From Alphaproteobacteria bacterium (GTDB lineage Bacteria; Pseudomonadota; Alphaproteobacteria; UBA8366), in contig OZ245851.1 in NCBI GenBank assembly GCA_965228975.1, positions 53,940-117,939 of the forward strand: DNA of 64,000 nt. Direction: 5' to 3'. The position numbers and the translations under genes were made by a program. How positions within the stretch are numbered: position 1 is the first letter of the stretch; each line of letters starts with the position of its first letter. Shown here in pieces: positions 53,585 to 63,062 of the stretch. The notes under the pieces are model-generated. The model worked only from the letters and a program-made list of their open reading frames with translations, did not search any database and was not told where the DNA came from.

Positions 53585-55126
53585 TCAGGCTTCCGCGGCT
53601 CGGCGCGGCCGCACGGCCCAGGCACAGACCAACGTCAGGACGGCCAGGAACGCGGTCGCAGCCGCATAATTGAAGTATGCCGCCGCGATCAACGCCGCCG
53701 CGCTGGCCCAAAAGATCGATGAGAGCGCCTCCGCCAGGGTGGCCAACCGCGACGACGTTTGCCGCCGGCGGAAATCGCTGCGTTTGGCTTGGGCGCGGAA
53801 CCATATCTGGATCATGGTCGCCGAGCAGGCCGAGACGACGATGCCCGCGGCCGTTATCGCGGCGAGTTTCACCGAAGCCAGCGCGAGCGCCGCCAGCAAC
53901 GGCATTACGACGACCAGGACCGACCCGAGCACCGCCTCGATCTTGGCGCCCATGATCATGGGTGCGGAAACCGGGGCCGACGTCATCAGGTCCGGTGCGT
54001 CCTCGCCGGAGACCGCCAGCCAGGCGAGCCCGCCGGCCAATTGTCCCGACGCCATTACCAGAACCGGGGTCAGGATGACCAAGGGGCCGACGCTGTCGCC
54101 GAAATTGCGCCACAGCAAAAGCGCCGGCGGGAACAGGTAGAGGATCTGCATCAAGGTCTGCGACATCAGCCACGGGTCGCGCCGTAGTAATGTCCATTCC
54201 TTACGCCGCAGCGTGCGTTTTACCGACGCTTGCCGGAAGGACGACAGGCGCGGACGGCCCGCGGACGATTCGAAGGCCACGCCGGACGCTGCGACAACGT
54301 GGTCGCCGAAATTCTTGGCGCAGAGCAGGATCGTCAAGGCCAGAGCCGCCAGACCGGCCCCGATCAGGCCGATCAGTATCTGCTTGTCGCCGGCGGCCGC
54401 ATAGGCGGGCCACCAGACCCAGCTGGTCAGTGGCGGTACCGCGTCGACGATCCGTTCGGAACCAAGGAAGGAAAAGCGCGATAGACTGCCGGTCGAAAGG
54501 ATGGCGGCGGCCTGAATGCCGATCACGAAGGCGGCGCCAATGACGGCGGAGACGACCTGCGAAATCAGCCGGGTGCGTTTCGGCCCCAAGGATCGAAACA
54601 GTCCCACGGTCAACAACACGGCAAAGGCGGTGCAGAGGCCGGCCAGGCCGAAGATGACGCCGTACCCGGCCAACCACCGCGGTCCGTCGATATAGGCGAA
54701 GGCGTTGATGAAAGGCCCGGCCAGCACGGTGGTCAGCAGGACCGTGGCGACGGCGATGGCGAGGATGCGGACGGTGAAGATGCGCCGCGCCGAGATCGGC
54801 GACGACAGGATCAGGTCCAGGTCGGAGCGCGCGTAAAAGGCGCGGGTCACCGATTCCATCGCCTGCGAAATCATCATCGTGCAGTAGAGAAATACGCTGG
54901 CGGACACGAAGATCATCGTCGTCTTGTCGAGAACCACGCCCCCTTCGGCCAACGGCGAGATGAGGTAATGCGCCAGCAGATGGATGAAGATCAAGAAGGC
55001 GATCGCCATCAGGCCGATCAGCGACTCGCGATTGCGTTTGCCGGCGGTGAGCATGGCGACCCAATCCCGCCAGAACAGCCGGATTTCATGCCGCGCGAAC
55101 CAGGATAGGGTGGCGGGCTGGCTCAT
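53585..55126 (-). CDS. ABC exporter membrane component (multi-pass permease)
   Basis: ATGA overlap with the upstream ATPase stop; start at ATG 55126 (MSQPATLSWFARHEIRLFWRDW). About 12 hydrophobic segments. The track's N-terminal extension to 55474 overlaps the ATPase gene and is rejected. Confidence 0.7.
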   Translation of the reverse strand: MSQPATLSWFARHEIRLFWRDWVAMLTAGKRNRESLIGLMAIAFLIFIHLLAHYLISPLAEGGVVLDKTTMIFVSASVFLYCTMMISQAMESVTRAFYARSDLDLILSSPISARRIFTVRILAIAVATVLLTTVLAGPFINAFAYIDGPRWLAGYGVIFGLAGLCTAFAVLLTVGLFRSLGPKRTRLISQVVSAVIGAAFVIGIQAAAILSTGSLSRFSFLGSERIVDAVPPLTSWVWWPAYAAAGDKQILIGLIGAGLAALALTILLCAKNFGDHVVAASGVAFESSAGRPRLSSFRQASVKRTLRRKEWTLLRRDPWLMSQTLMQILYLFPPALLLWRNFGDSVGPLVILTPVLVMASGQLAGGLAWLAVSGEDAPDLMTSAPVSAPMIMGAKIEAVLGSVLVVVMPLLAALALASVKLAAITAAGIVVSACSATMIQIWFRAQAKRSDFRRRQTSSRLATLAEALSSIFWASAAALIAAAYFNYAAATAFLAVLTLVCAWAVRPRRAAEA

Positions 55127-55884
55127 GCGGCGGCGCTCTGCTCCGCGACCAAATCGAGGAAGACGTCTTCCAGGCTGGTCGCCGTTTGCCCGGTCTGGTG
55201 GCGCAGTTCGTCCAGCGTACCTTCGGCGATCAACCGGCCGGCGTCGATGACGCCGATGCGTTCCGCCATGCGCTCGGCGACCTCCAGGATATGGGTGGTC
55301 ATGATCACGGTGACGCCCTCGCGGACCCGTTCGGCGAGCACCGTTTTCACCTGGCGCGAGGAGCCCGCGTCGAGACCGGTCAGCGGCTCGTCCAGGATCA
55401 GCAGCCGCGGCGAATGAACCAACGCGCCGGCGAGCGCCACCTTCTGGCGCATGCCCTTGGAAAAGCCACTGCACCGTTCATGGGCATGCGGGCCTAGACC
55501 CAGGATGTCGATGATCTCGGTGGCGTGCGCCTGCGCGGTCGCCGCATCGATGTCCCAGAGCCCGGCGACGAATTCCAGATACTCGAACGGCGTCAGTTTC
55601 TCGTAGATCAGCGGCTCGTCAGGCACCCAGGCGATCAGCCGTTTCGCCGCGATGGGATCTTCCAGCGCGTCGACGCCGAAGACCGAGACCGAACCGGCGT
55701 CCGGCCGCAGCAGTCCGGCGACGATCCGCAGCGTGGTCGTTTTGCCGGCGCCGTTGGGGCCGAGCAGGGCATAGAACTCGCCGCCGCGGACGGTCAGGTC
55801 CAAACGGTCGACCGCCGGTTTGTCGAAATGCTTTTCCAATCCTTTGAGAACGAGGGCCGGAGTATCCGAATACCTTTGTGACAC
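55123..55884 (-). CDS. ABC transporter ATP-binding protein
   Basis: Walker A GPNGAGKTT, signature FSKGMRQK, Walker B LLILDEP. Confidence 0.9.
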   Translation of the reverse strand: MSQRYSDTPALVLKGLEKHFDKPAVDRLDLTVRGGEFYALLGPNGAGKTTTLRIVAGLLRPDAGSVSVFGVDALEDPIAAKRLIAWVPDEPLIYEKLTPFEYLEFVAGLWDIDAATAQAHATEIIDILGLGPHAHERCSGFSKGMRQKVALAGALVHSPRLLILDEPLTGLDAGSSRQVKTVLAERVREGVTVIMTTHILEVAERMAERIGVIDAGRLIAEGTLDELRHQTGQTATSLEDVFLDLVAEQSAAA

Positions 55885-56162
55885 GGCGCAGACTCTCCCT
55901 TTGCACGCACCCTTTTTCTATAGGCCGGAGAAGGTTGCCGAAATCTAAACGCGGACCCGGAACGGCCCGGTTTTCCCCGATATTCGTTCCCGGCCCCGCC
56001 TGGCATGGTTAACGGCGGCATCCGATCGCCGGCGCCCAACAAAAGCGTCGGTTTTACCGAAAAATTACCTTTCGACCGCCAAGGTATCGTCATTCCGGCT
56101 CGTCTACCTAAGGGTCCTGGCCGCCGAAACGGCCGGGCAACAGGAAACTTCGGAGAGAATCA

Positions 56163-56573
56163 ATGAACCCCATGCGTTTGAAGTCCGCCACGGCCGTGAT
56201 GGCCCTGGCCCTTGCGTCCTTCACCTTCGCGGCGGTGCCCGCCGATACGGCATCGGCGCGGTCGGCGTCCCTCGGCGGCGCGCAACAGGTCGTCGTGAAC
56301 GTCAATTTCCAGACCCAGCTTCCGATCGAGGACCTGAGCGACGAGGCCATCGTCAAGTCGCAGGAGTCGGCTCGGGCCTTGCTGTACAAGCTGGCCAACA
56401 AGGAATGCGGATTGCTGATGGATACGATCGCAAAAACATGCCGGCTGAGCGGGCTCAGCATCAACGTCAACATGCAGAACCGCAACCGCAGCAACCAGGC
56501 GCTGACTTACCTCTACGTCAAGAGCAACGCCCGCTATTCCATCACCCTGAAGGATGCGCCGGAAAAACGATGA
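56163..56573 (+). CDS. hypothetical exported protein
   Basis: Signal peptide (ATAVMALALASFTFAAVPA). GGAGAG RBS. No family recognised. Confidence 0.55.
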   Translation: MNPMRLKSATAVMALALASFTFAAVPADTASARSASLGGAQQVVVNVNFQTQLPIEDLSDEAIVKSQESARALLYKLANKECGLLMDTIAKTCRLSGLSINVNMQNRNRSNQALTYLYVKSNARYSITLKDAPEKR

Positions 56574-56887
56574 GCTGTTTTCGACAACGGGCAGGGTGTG
56601 CCTCTAACGATGACATCCTGCCCGATGACGCCGACGCCATGGTGACACTGGCGACGTGCGCTTCGAAACGGGGCGAGGCCGCGATTTCGGAGAAATATCT
56701 TCGAGCCGCGCTAAAACGCTCGGAGAACGCCAAGCTGCTCTTCGCTCTTGGAACGACGCTGCTGGACCAGGGAAAGTTCGGCGAGGCGCTGTGCTATTTC
56801 AAGCGCGTTCCGCCGTCGGACGAGGAGGTCTACCCGCTTGCACAGCGGAATTTGGAACGCTGCCACGCGATGCGGCGCGACCGCTAA
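56570..56887 (+). CDS. small TPR-like hypothetical protein
   Basis: ATGA overlap with the previous gene. 105 aa. EKYLRAALKRSENAKLLFALGTTLLDQGKFGEALCYFKRV looks like a TPR repeat. Confidence 0.5.
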   Translation: MSCFRQRAGCASNDDILPDDADAMVTLATCASKRGEAAISEKYLRAALKRSENAKLLFALGTTLLDQGKFGEALCYFKRVPPSDEEVYPLAQRNLERCHAMRRDR

Positions 56888-57801
56888 CCCTTCATCCGCG
56901 CTTCGCGCTGGCGGATCGCGGTGTCCTGGTCGAGCAGTTGCTGCGCCCGGAAGACGACCGGGTAGTCGATCATCTTGCCGTCGATTTCCAGCGAGGCGCG
57001 GCCTTCGGCGACCGCGGCCTCGAAGCCCTGGATCATGCGCTGTGCTTCCGCGACTTCCGCTTCGCTCGGGCGGAACTCCTCGTTCAGGATCGGCACGATG
57101 CTCGGGTGGATGCAGGACGCGCCCTCGAACCCGAAGCGCCGCGAGTTGCGGATGATCGTGCGCATCCCGTCGATATCGCCGTAATCCGCGACCGTGCCGA
57201 TGATGCCGAGCGGCATGATCCCGGCGGCGCGGGACGCGATGATCGATTGTTGTTTCGGATAGAGCATGACATCCGGGTCCGGCACCATTCCGACGCTGGT
57301 AGCGAAATCCTCGCCGCCGAGGCCCAGCGCCGCGACGCGCGGATGCGCCTTGGCGATCTCGCCCAGCCGGAAGAAGGCGTCCGCCGTCTCGACCAAGGTG
57401 TAAAAAAGGGTGTGGCCCGGCGTCATGCCGCGCTCCGCCTCCAACTCGTCGACGATCTCGGCCAGCAGCCGTACATGGCTGGCGCTGTCCACCTTGGTCA
57501 GCGTGATCGCCTGCACCCGCGGGGAAATCGTTTCCTCCAGATCGCGGACCGCCATGCGCAGCGGCTGGTTGATCCGGACCACCACGTCGGCGCCGGCCTG
57601 CGATACGGTTTCGGCGGCTTCCTGCACCAACTTGCGCGCGTTCGCCTTCTCGCTCACCGGCACGCTGTCCTCCAGGTCGAGCTGGACGGCATCGGCACCC
57701 CGCGTATGCGCCTTGGCCACGTATTTTTCGACATTGACCGGCACATACAGCAGCGAGCGCCAGACCGGGCGCGAAGGCGTGGTATCGGGTGCGGTGGTCA
57801 T
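56884..57801 (-). CDS. HpcH/HpaI aldolase / citrate-lyase beta (CitE-like) acyl-CoA lyase
   Basis: RSLLYVPVNVEKYVAKA...ADAVQLDLEDSV is the CitE/malyl-CoA-lyase family N-terminal signature. Confidence 0.85.
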   Translation of the reverse strand: MTTAPDTTPSRPVWRSLLYVPVNVEKYVAKAHTRGADAVQLDLEDSVPVSEKANARKLVQEAAETVSQAGADVVVRINQPLRMAVRDLEETISPRVQAITLTKVDSASHVRLLAEIVDELEAERGMTPGHTLFYTLVETADAFFRLGEIAKAHPRVAALGLGGEDFATSVGMVPDPDVMLYPKQQSIIASRAAGIMPLGIIGTVADYGDIDGMRTIIRNSRRFGFEGASCIHPSIVPILNEEFRPSEAEVAEAQRMIQGFEAAVAEGRASLEIDGKMIDYPVVFRAQQLLDQDTAIRQREARMKG

Positions 57802-57819
57802 GGTCCGGTCCTCCGGTTG

Positions 57820-59052
57820 CTATTTCTTGGATTTGTCGTCGCGCGCCCAGACGGCGCCGCTGGCGAGCAGGCCGGTCAGGTCGTCGCTGTGGATGCCGAT
57901 CTGGCCGAGCAATTCGGCATTGTGCTCGCCGACCCGGGGGGCCGGATTGCGGAAGGTGCCGGGCGTGCCCGACAGCCGCGGCGTGACGTTGTGCATCGCC
58001 ACCTTGCCGAGTTCGCGGTCTTCCACGTCGACGAAGATTTCGCGTTCGATGAAATGCGGGTCGGTGACGATCTGGCTGATGTCGTAGATCGGCGCGGCGG
58101 TGATGTTTTCCTGCTCGAAGAAGGCGAGCGCGTCTTTCTGGCTGCGTTGGCGAATCCAGCCGCCGACCACGGCGTCGACTTCCTCGCGGTGCCGCACGCG
58201 CGCCGCGTTCGTCGCATAGCGCGGATCGTCCAGCATTTCCCCGGCGCCGATGGCGCGCAGCAATCGTTCGGCCATCACCTGCATCGACGCGGAGATCGCG
58301 ATAAAGCGGTCGTCGCTGGTGATATAGACGTTGCGCGGGGACGCCGTGTTCGAACCGTTGCCGACCCGTTCCTTGACCTCGCCGGTGAGCTGATAGGTGC
58401 CCGCCTCGGGTCCCAGAACGGAGAAGATCGGTTCCAGCAGCGAAAGGTCCATGACCTGTCCCTTGCCGCCCTTCAGGTCGCGGTTGTAGAAGGCGACCAT
58501 CATCGCCATCGCGCCCGACAGGCCGGCGATCATGTCGGCCAGCGCCAAGGGCGGCAGCAGCGGTGGCCGGTCCGGAAAGCCGTTGCGCGAGGCGAAGCCG
58601 GACATGCCTTCGACCAGTGTGCCGAAGCCTGGCTTCTCGCGGTACGGTCCGGTCTGGCCGAAGCCGGAGACGCGGGCGATCACCAGGCGGGGGTTGCGCT
58701 CCAGTAAAACATCCGGCCCCAGGCCCATCCGCTCCAGCGTGCCGGGCCGGAAGTTCTCGATCATGCCGTCGGCGGTGTCGATTAGCCGCAGCAGGATTTC
58801 CTTCGCGGCGTCCTCGCGCAAGTTCAGGCCGATGCTCTTCTTATTGCGGCAGTAGACCTTCCAGTGCACTTCGACGTTATCGGCCGCCCAGTCGCGCAAG
58901 GGGTCGCCGCGCGGCGGGGTCTCGACCTTGATGACCTCCGCCCCGAAATCGGCGAGTTGCAGCGAGAGCATGTTGCCGGCGACGAGGCGCGACAGGTCGA
59001 GGATTCGGAGGCCGTCCAATGGGCCTTTGTTGTTCGGGTCGAATTTCCGCAT
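57820..59052 (-). CDS. family III CoA-transferase (CaiB/BaiF)
   Basis: Start at ATG 59052 (MRKFDPNNKGPLDGLRILDLSRLVAGNMLSLQLADFGAEVIKVE). The track extension to 60048 runs antisense through rfbB and is rejected. Confidence 0.85.
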   Translation of the reverse strand: MRKFDPNNKGPLDGLRILDLSRLVAGNMLSLQLADFGAEVIKVETPPRGDPLRDWAADNVEVHWKVYCRNKKSIGLNLREDAAKEILLRLIDTADGMIENFRPGTLERMGLGPDVLLERNPRLVIARVSGFGQTGPYREKPGFGTLVEGMSGFASRNGFPDRPPLLPPLALADMIAGLSGAMAMMVAFYNRDLKGGKGQVMDLSLLEPIFSVLGPEAGTYQLTGEVKERVGNGSNTASPRNVYITSDDRFIAISASMQVMAERLLRAIGAGEMLDDPRYATNAARVRHREEVDAVVGGWIRQRSQKDALAFFEQENITAAPIYDISQIVTDPHFIEREIFVDVEDRELGKVAMHNVTPRLSGTPGTFRNPAPRVGEHNAELLGQIGIHSDDLTGLLASGAVWARDDKSKK

Positions 59053-59208
59053 GGTCCCCGTTAATGTGCTGATGGTCGCGCCGTAGCGGCCGACCGTATG
59101 ATATATAGGGACGGTGCTGTCGGCGAATCGCTGGCCGGATGGTGCCTCCCGGATGGGACAATGGCAAGGCGCTCCCAGCAAACCTGCTGTAATGAGGATT
59201 GTTAAAGC

Positions 59209-60264
59209 ATGAAAGTTCTCGTCACCGGCGGTGCTGGGTTTATCGGGTCCGCCGTGGTGCGCCATCTGGTGGGCGAGGCCGGATGCGCTGTCGTGAATCT
59301 GGATGCCCTGACCTATGCCGGGCGCAAGGAGTCGGTGGCACCGGTCGCGGATGACCCGTCCTATGCGTTCGAGCATGCGGATATCCGCGATGCTATCGCA
59401 CTTGCCCGTATCTTCAAGGATCATGCGCCCGATGCGGTGATGCATCTTGCGGCCGAATCCCATGTGGACCGGTCGATCGACGATCCCGCCGCGTTCATCG
59501 ATACAAATGTCCTCGGCACCTATACGCTGCTCGAGGCGACGTTGGGCTATCACAAGACACTGCCTGCGGCGAAAAGGGATGAATTCCGGTTTCTTCACGT
59601 CTCGACCGACGAAGTATATGGCGATCTGGCCGACGGACCGCCGGCGGACGAGATCGCACCCTACCGGCCGAGTTCGCCTTACGCGGCGAGCAAGGCCGGA
59701 TCGGATCATCTGGTCCGCGCCTGGCACCGGACCTACGGTTTGCCGGTGATCCTCACGAATTGCTGCAACAATTACGGCCCGTATCAGTTCCCCGAAAAAC
59801 TGATTCCCACGATGATCCTGGCAGGACTGTCGGGCGGATCGTTGCCGGTCTATGGCGGCGGCGAGAATGTGCGCGATTGGTTGCATGTGGAAGACCATGC
59901 CCAGGCGTTGCTGCACGTCTTGCGCAAGGGCCGGCCGGGGGAAACCTACAACCTCACCGGTGCGGCGGAGCGCCGGAACATCGACGTGGTGAAGGGCATC
60001 TGCACGGCGTTGGATGCGTTCCTGCCGGATTCGCCGCATCGGCCGCATGAGTCACTGATCGAGTATGTCGACGACCGGCCGGGGCATGACTTCCGCTATG
60101 CGCTGGATGGGCAAAAGGTATCTCGCGATCTGGGGTGGGTTCCCACGCGGCGGTTCGAGGACGGGCTCCGCGACACGGTGGCTTGGTATCTCGAGAATAA
60201 GGCGTGGTGGGAGCCGATCCGCCGCGATGTGTATCAAGGACAGCGACAGGGGCAGGCATCATGA
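59209..60264 (+). CDS. rfbB: dTDP-glucose 4,6-dehydratase
   Basis: [36 protein letters not shown] and [11 protein letters not shown] motifs. Confidence 0.9.
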   Translation: MKVLVTGGAGFIGSAVVRHLVGEAGCAVVNLDALTYAGRKESVAPVADDPSYAFEHADIRDAIALARIFKDHAPDAVMHLAAESHVDRSIDDPAAFIDTNVLGTYTLLEATLGYHKTLPAAKRDEFRFLHVSTDEVYGDLADGPPADEIAPYRPSSPYAASKAGSDHLVRAWHRTYGLPVILTNCCNNYGPYQFPEKLIPTMILAGLSGGSLPVYGGGENVRDWLHVEDHAQALLHVLRKGRPGETYNLTGAAERRNIDVVKGICTALDAFLPDSPHRPHESLIEYVDDRPGHDFRYALDGQKVSRDLGWVPTRRFEDGLRDTVAWYLENKAWWEPIRRDVYQGQRQGQAS

Positions 60265-60644
60265 GGATCGAACGGATCGACCATTTCGTGTTGAAGGTCA
60301 ACGATATCGAGGAAAGCTGCGACTTCTACAAACGCGTCCTCGGGATGGAGCCGTTCAGCTTCGGCGAAGGCCGCTGGGCGCTGCGGTTCGGGCAGCACAA
60401 GATCAACCTGCATCCGAAAGATAGGGGGCCGGGCCTTGTCGCGGCGGCGCCGTCGATCGGCGGCGGGGATTTCTGCCTGATCACCGAGACGCCGATGGAC
60501 GACGTGGTGAAACACCTGGAAGCGGAAGGCGTCGAGATCATCAACGGGCCGGATACGCGCTCCGGCGCGTTGGGACCGATCACCTCGGTCTATTTCCGCG
60601 ATCCGGACGGTAACCTTGTCGAGGTGTCGAACTATCCGGATTAG
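60261..60644 (+). CDS. VOC family protein
   Basis: ATGA overlap with rfb[30 protein letters not shown]...[12 protein letters not shown]. Confidence 0.75.
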   Translation: MRIERIDHFVLKVNDIEESCDFYKRVLGMEPFSFGEGRWALRFGQHKINLHPKDRGPGLVAAAPSIGGGDFCLITETPMDDVVKHLEAEGVEIINGPDTRSGALGPITSVYFRDPDGNLVEVSNYPD

Positions 60645-60652
60645 GAAGGAAG

Positions 60653-61102
60653 ATGCCGGAACTCTCGATACGAGCGATGACGTCGGACGATCTGCCGTCG
60701 CTCGAACCGTTGTTGGTGCAATTGGGGTATGACATCGCACCGGACGAGGTTGCACGCCGCTACATCACTGTCACGGCGGCGACGGGGCATAGCCTCGACG
60801 TCGCAGAACGGGACGGACGGGTCGTGGGGTTCATCCATTTCTATGCCCGTGCCGCCATCGAAAAACCGCCCGAGGTCATCGTGCAGGCGCTGGTCGTCGA
60901 TGACGGACTGCGGGGCGGTGGTATCGGCCGCAGGCTGATGCGGCGGGCGGAAGACTGGGCCGCAGCGCATGGCTATGGGTCGGTGGCGTTGGGTACGCAG
61001 ACGCGCCGCGATGACGCGCACGCGTTTTACGAGCGCCTCGGCTATCGCGTCGCCGCGACCTCGCATCTCATGCGGAAGGATATCGGCCTCGTGGAGGACT
61101 AG
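60653..61102 (+). CDS. GNAT family N-acetyltransferase
   Basis: 149 aa. VVDDGLRGGGIGRRLM matches the acetyl-CoA binding motif Q/RxxGxG/A. Confidence 0.85.
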   Translation: MPELSIRAMTSDDLPSLEPLLVQLGYDIAPDEVARRYITVTAATGHSLDVAERDGRVVGFIHFYARAAIEKPPEVIVQALVVDDGLRGGGIGRRLMRRAEDWAAAHGYGSVALGTQTRRDDAHAFYERLGYRVAATSHLMRKDIGLVED

Positions 61103-61162
61103 TTCAACGCCTGAATCCGCTAGCCGACTTTGCTGATCGAGCCGCTGGAATTCCGATGTAAA

Positions 61163-61708
61163 TCAGGCATGTGCGTCACGGAACGCATTGAGGCGGTCGA
61201 CAAGTTCGTTGCCCTGCATTCCTATGGCCGAAACAAGATATTGGCGGACAACGCCAGTCCCCGCGATCGCGGATGTATTTCCGAATTGGGCCCAGCTTTC
61301 TTCAGGCAGCCGGAGCGTCAACCGGGCAAAGTAGGTGTTCAGCCTCTGCTCGACGTCGATATTTATGACATCGGACCAGGGAACGAAGACCACCTGGTGC
61401 GCTCGGGCAACGAGATACAATCCGTTACGCGTGGCGGCGAGATTAATCCATACGCGCCAGTCGTTCGGACGCCCAATGACAAGAACGGAAATGCAGATAG
61501 CGACGACGACTAAACCGCCAAACACGAGAATAAGACCATGGTCTGCCCCGATGCCTTTTACGGCGACAGTGCCGCCGATGAAGGTGCCGATGACCAACAT
61601 GACTGTCGCAAAACCGCGCAGCCAGGCGGGCGCGGCGTAAATGAACCGCGGTTCGGAAAGCATCGCCAGATCCTGCTGCGAACGAATGATTTGCGTTTCA
61701 GAAGTCAA
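61163..61708 (-). CDS. hypothetical membrane protein (two TM segments plus a PH-like C-terminal domain)
   Basis: TTG start with GAGGA upstream. Two hydrophobic segments (FATVMLVIGTFIGGTVAV; LILVFGGLVVVAICISVLVIG). No family recognised. GC looks lower than in the neighbours. Confidence 0.55.
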   Translation of the reverse strand: MTSETQIIRSQQDLAMLSEPRFIYAAPAWLRGFATVMLVIGTFIGGTVAVKGIGADHGLILVFGGLVVVAICISVLVIGRPNDWRVWINLAATRNGLYLVARAHQVVFVPWSDVINIDVEQRLNTYFARLTLRLPEESWAQFGNTSAIAGTGVVRQYLVSAIGMQGNELVDRLNAFRDAHA

Positions 61709-61886
61709 AAAAATCCTCGTGGCCGTCGAGCTAGGGGGCCCTCAATACCCAGTTACCGTTCCGAATTCAGCGGTTGCAGAGGCGGCATCGCGGACCGGCC
61801 GGGCCATAGCCGGTCGTGACTAAACCGTGCACGGGATATTACCGGTCGAAGGTCTAAAAACTGGTAAAGCGACAGGGCTCGGCGGG

Positions 61887-63062
61887 CTAGCCGAGTGCCT
61901 GATCCAAGTCGTCGATCAGATCGTCGATGTCCTCGATCCCGACCGATAGGCGCACCAGGCCGTCATCGACGCCGAGCGCGGCGCGGATATCCGCCGGAAT
62001 GCTGGCATGGGTCATGATCGCGGGGTGCTCGATCAGGCTTTCGACGCCGCCCAGGCTTTCGGCGAGCGCGAATAGCGTGCAGCGTTCGAGGAAGCGTTTC
62101 GTCGGGTCGAGCCCGCCTTTCACGACGGCCGAGACCATGCCGCCAAAGCCGGACATCTGCCGCTTGGCCAGATCATGCTGCGGATGGCTGGCGAGGCCCG
62201 GATAATAGACGGTCTCGATTCCCGGGTGACCTTCGAGCCACTCGGCGACGCGCATCGCGCTGCTGCAATGCCGCTCCATGCGCAGTGCCAGGGTCTTCAC
62301 GCCGCGCATCGCCATATAGGCATCGAATGGGCCGGCGACGCCGCCGACCGCGTTCTGCAGGAAGGTCAATTCCTCGGCCAGGGCCGGGTTGTCGCCGACT
62401 ACGACGACCCCCGCGACCACGTCGGAATGTCCATTCAGGTATTTGGTGACGGAGTGCAGCACGATGTCGATGCCCATATCGAGCGGCCGCTGAATCCAGG
62501 GCGTGGCGAAAGTATTGTCGGCGACCGTCAGAATGCCGCGTGATTTGGCCACGCTCGCCACCATCTCCAGGTCGATCAGCTTAAGCAGCGGATTGGATGG
62601 CGTCTCGACCCAGATCATCTTGGTCTCGGGCGTGATCGCCGCTTCCAGCGCCGCCCTGTCGGCCATGTCGATGAAGCTGAAGGTCAGGCCGGCGCTGCGC
62701 TTGCGGACATTCTCGAACAACCGGTAGGTGCCGCCATACAGGTCGTCGCTGGCGATGATATGCCCGCCGGCGTCCAGACATTCCAGGACCGTCGACGAGG
62801 CCGCCATGCCCGATGCGAAGGCGAAGCCCGCCGTGCCGTTTTCCAATGCGGCGATATTGCGTTCGAAGGCGAGCCGCGTCGGATTGTGGCTGCGGCTGTA
62901 TTCATAGCCCTTGTGGACGCCGGGGCTTTCCTGAATGAAGGTCGAGGCGGTGTAGATCGGGGTCCAGACCGCGCCCGTGGTCGGGTCCGGCGACTGGCCG
63001 GCGTGCACCGCCTTGGTGGAAAAGCCCGGTTCCGGGGCGTTGGGACGTTTCGACTCGGTCAT
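61887..63062 (-). CDS. cystathionine gamma-lyase/gamma-synthase family PLP enzyme
   Basis: YEYSRSHNPTR, HSVTKYLNGHSD (PLP-binding Lys) and SLGGVESL motifs. ATGA overlap with the upstream CBS gene. Confidence 0.85.
   Translation of the reverse strand: MTESKRPNAPEPGFSTKAVHAGQSPDPTTGAVWTPIYTASTFIQESPGVHKGYEYSRSHNPTRLAFERNIAALENGTAGFAFASGMAASSTVLECLDAGGHIIASDDLYGGTYRLFENVRKRSAGLTFSFIDMADRAALEAAITPETKMIWVETPSNPLLKLIDLEMVASVAKSRGILTVADNTFATPWIQRPLDMGIDIVLHSVTKYLNGHSDVVAGVVVVGDNPALAEELTFLQNAVGGVAGPFDAYMAMRGVKTLALRMERHCSSAMRVAEWLEGHPGIETVYYPGLASHPQHDLAKRQMSGFGGMVSAVVKGGLDPTKRFLERCTLFALAESLGGVESLIEHPAIMTHASIPADIRAALGVDDGLVRLSVGIEDIDDLIDDLDQALG

Noticed and set aside
55127-55474. N-terminal extension of the ABC permease ORF.
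   Set aside because: It overlaps the ATPase gene in another frame and is Arg/Gly/His-rich. The ATGA-coupled start at 55126 gives a sensible membrane-protein N-terminus.
56656-58707. 683-aa plus-strand ORF.
   Set aside because: It is antisense to the CitE-like lyase and the CoA-transferase. It has low-complexity Arg/Ala/Asp/Gly-rich content, no RBS and no domain.
59053-60048. N-terminal extension of the CoA-transferase ORF (the track gives 57820-60048, 742 aa).
   Set aside because: The extension runs antisense through rfbB and has no similarity to CoA-transferases. The family's canonical N-terminus (MRKFDPNNKGPLDGLRILDL) begins at ATG 59052.
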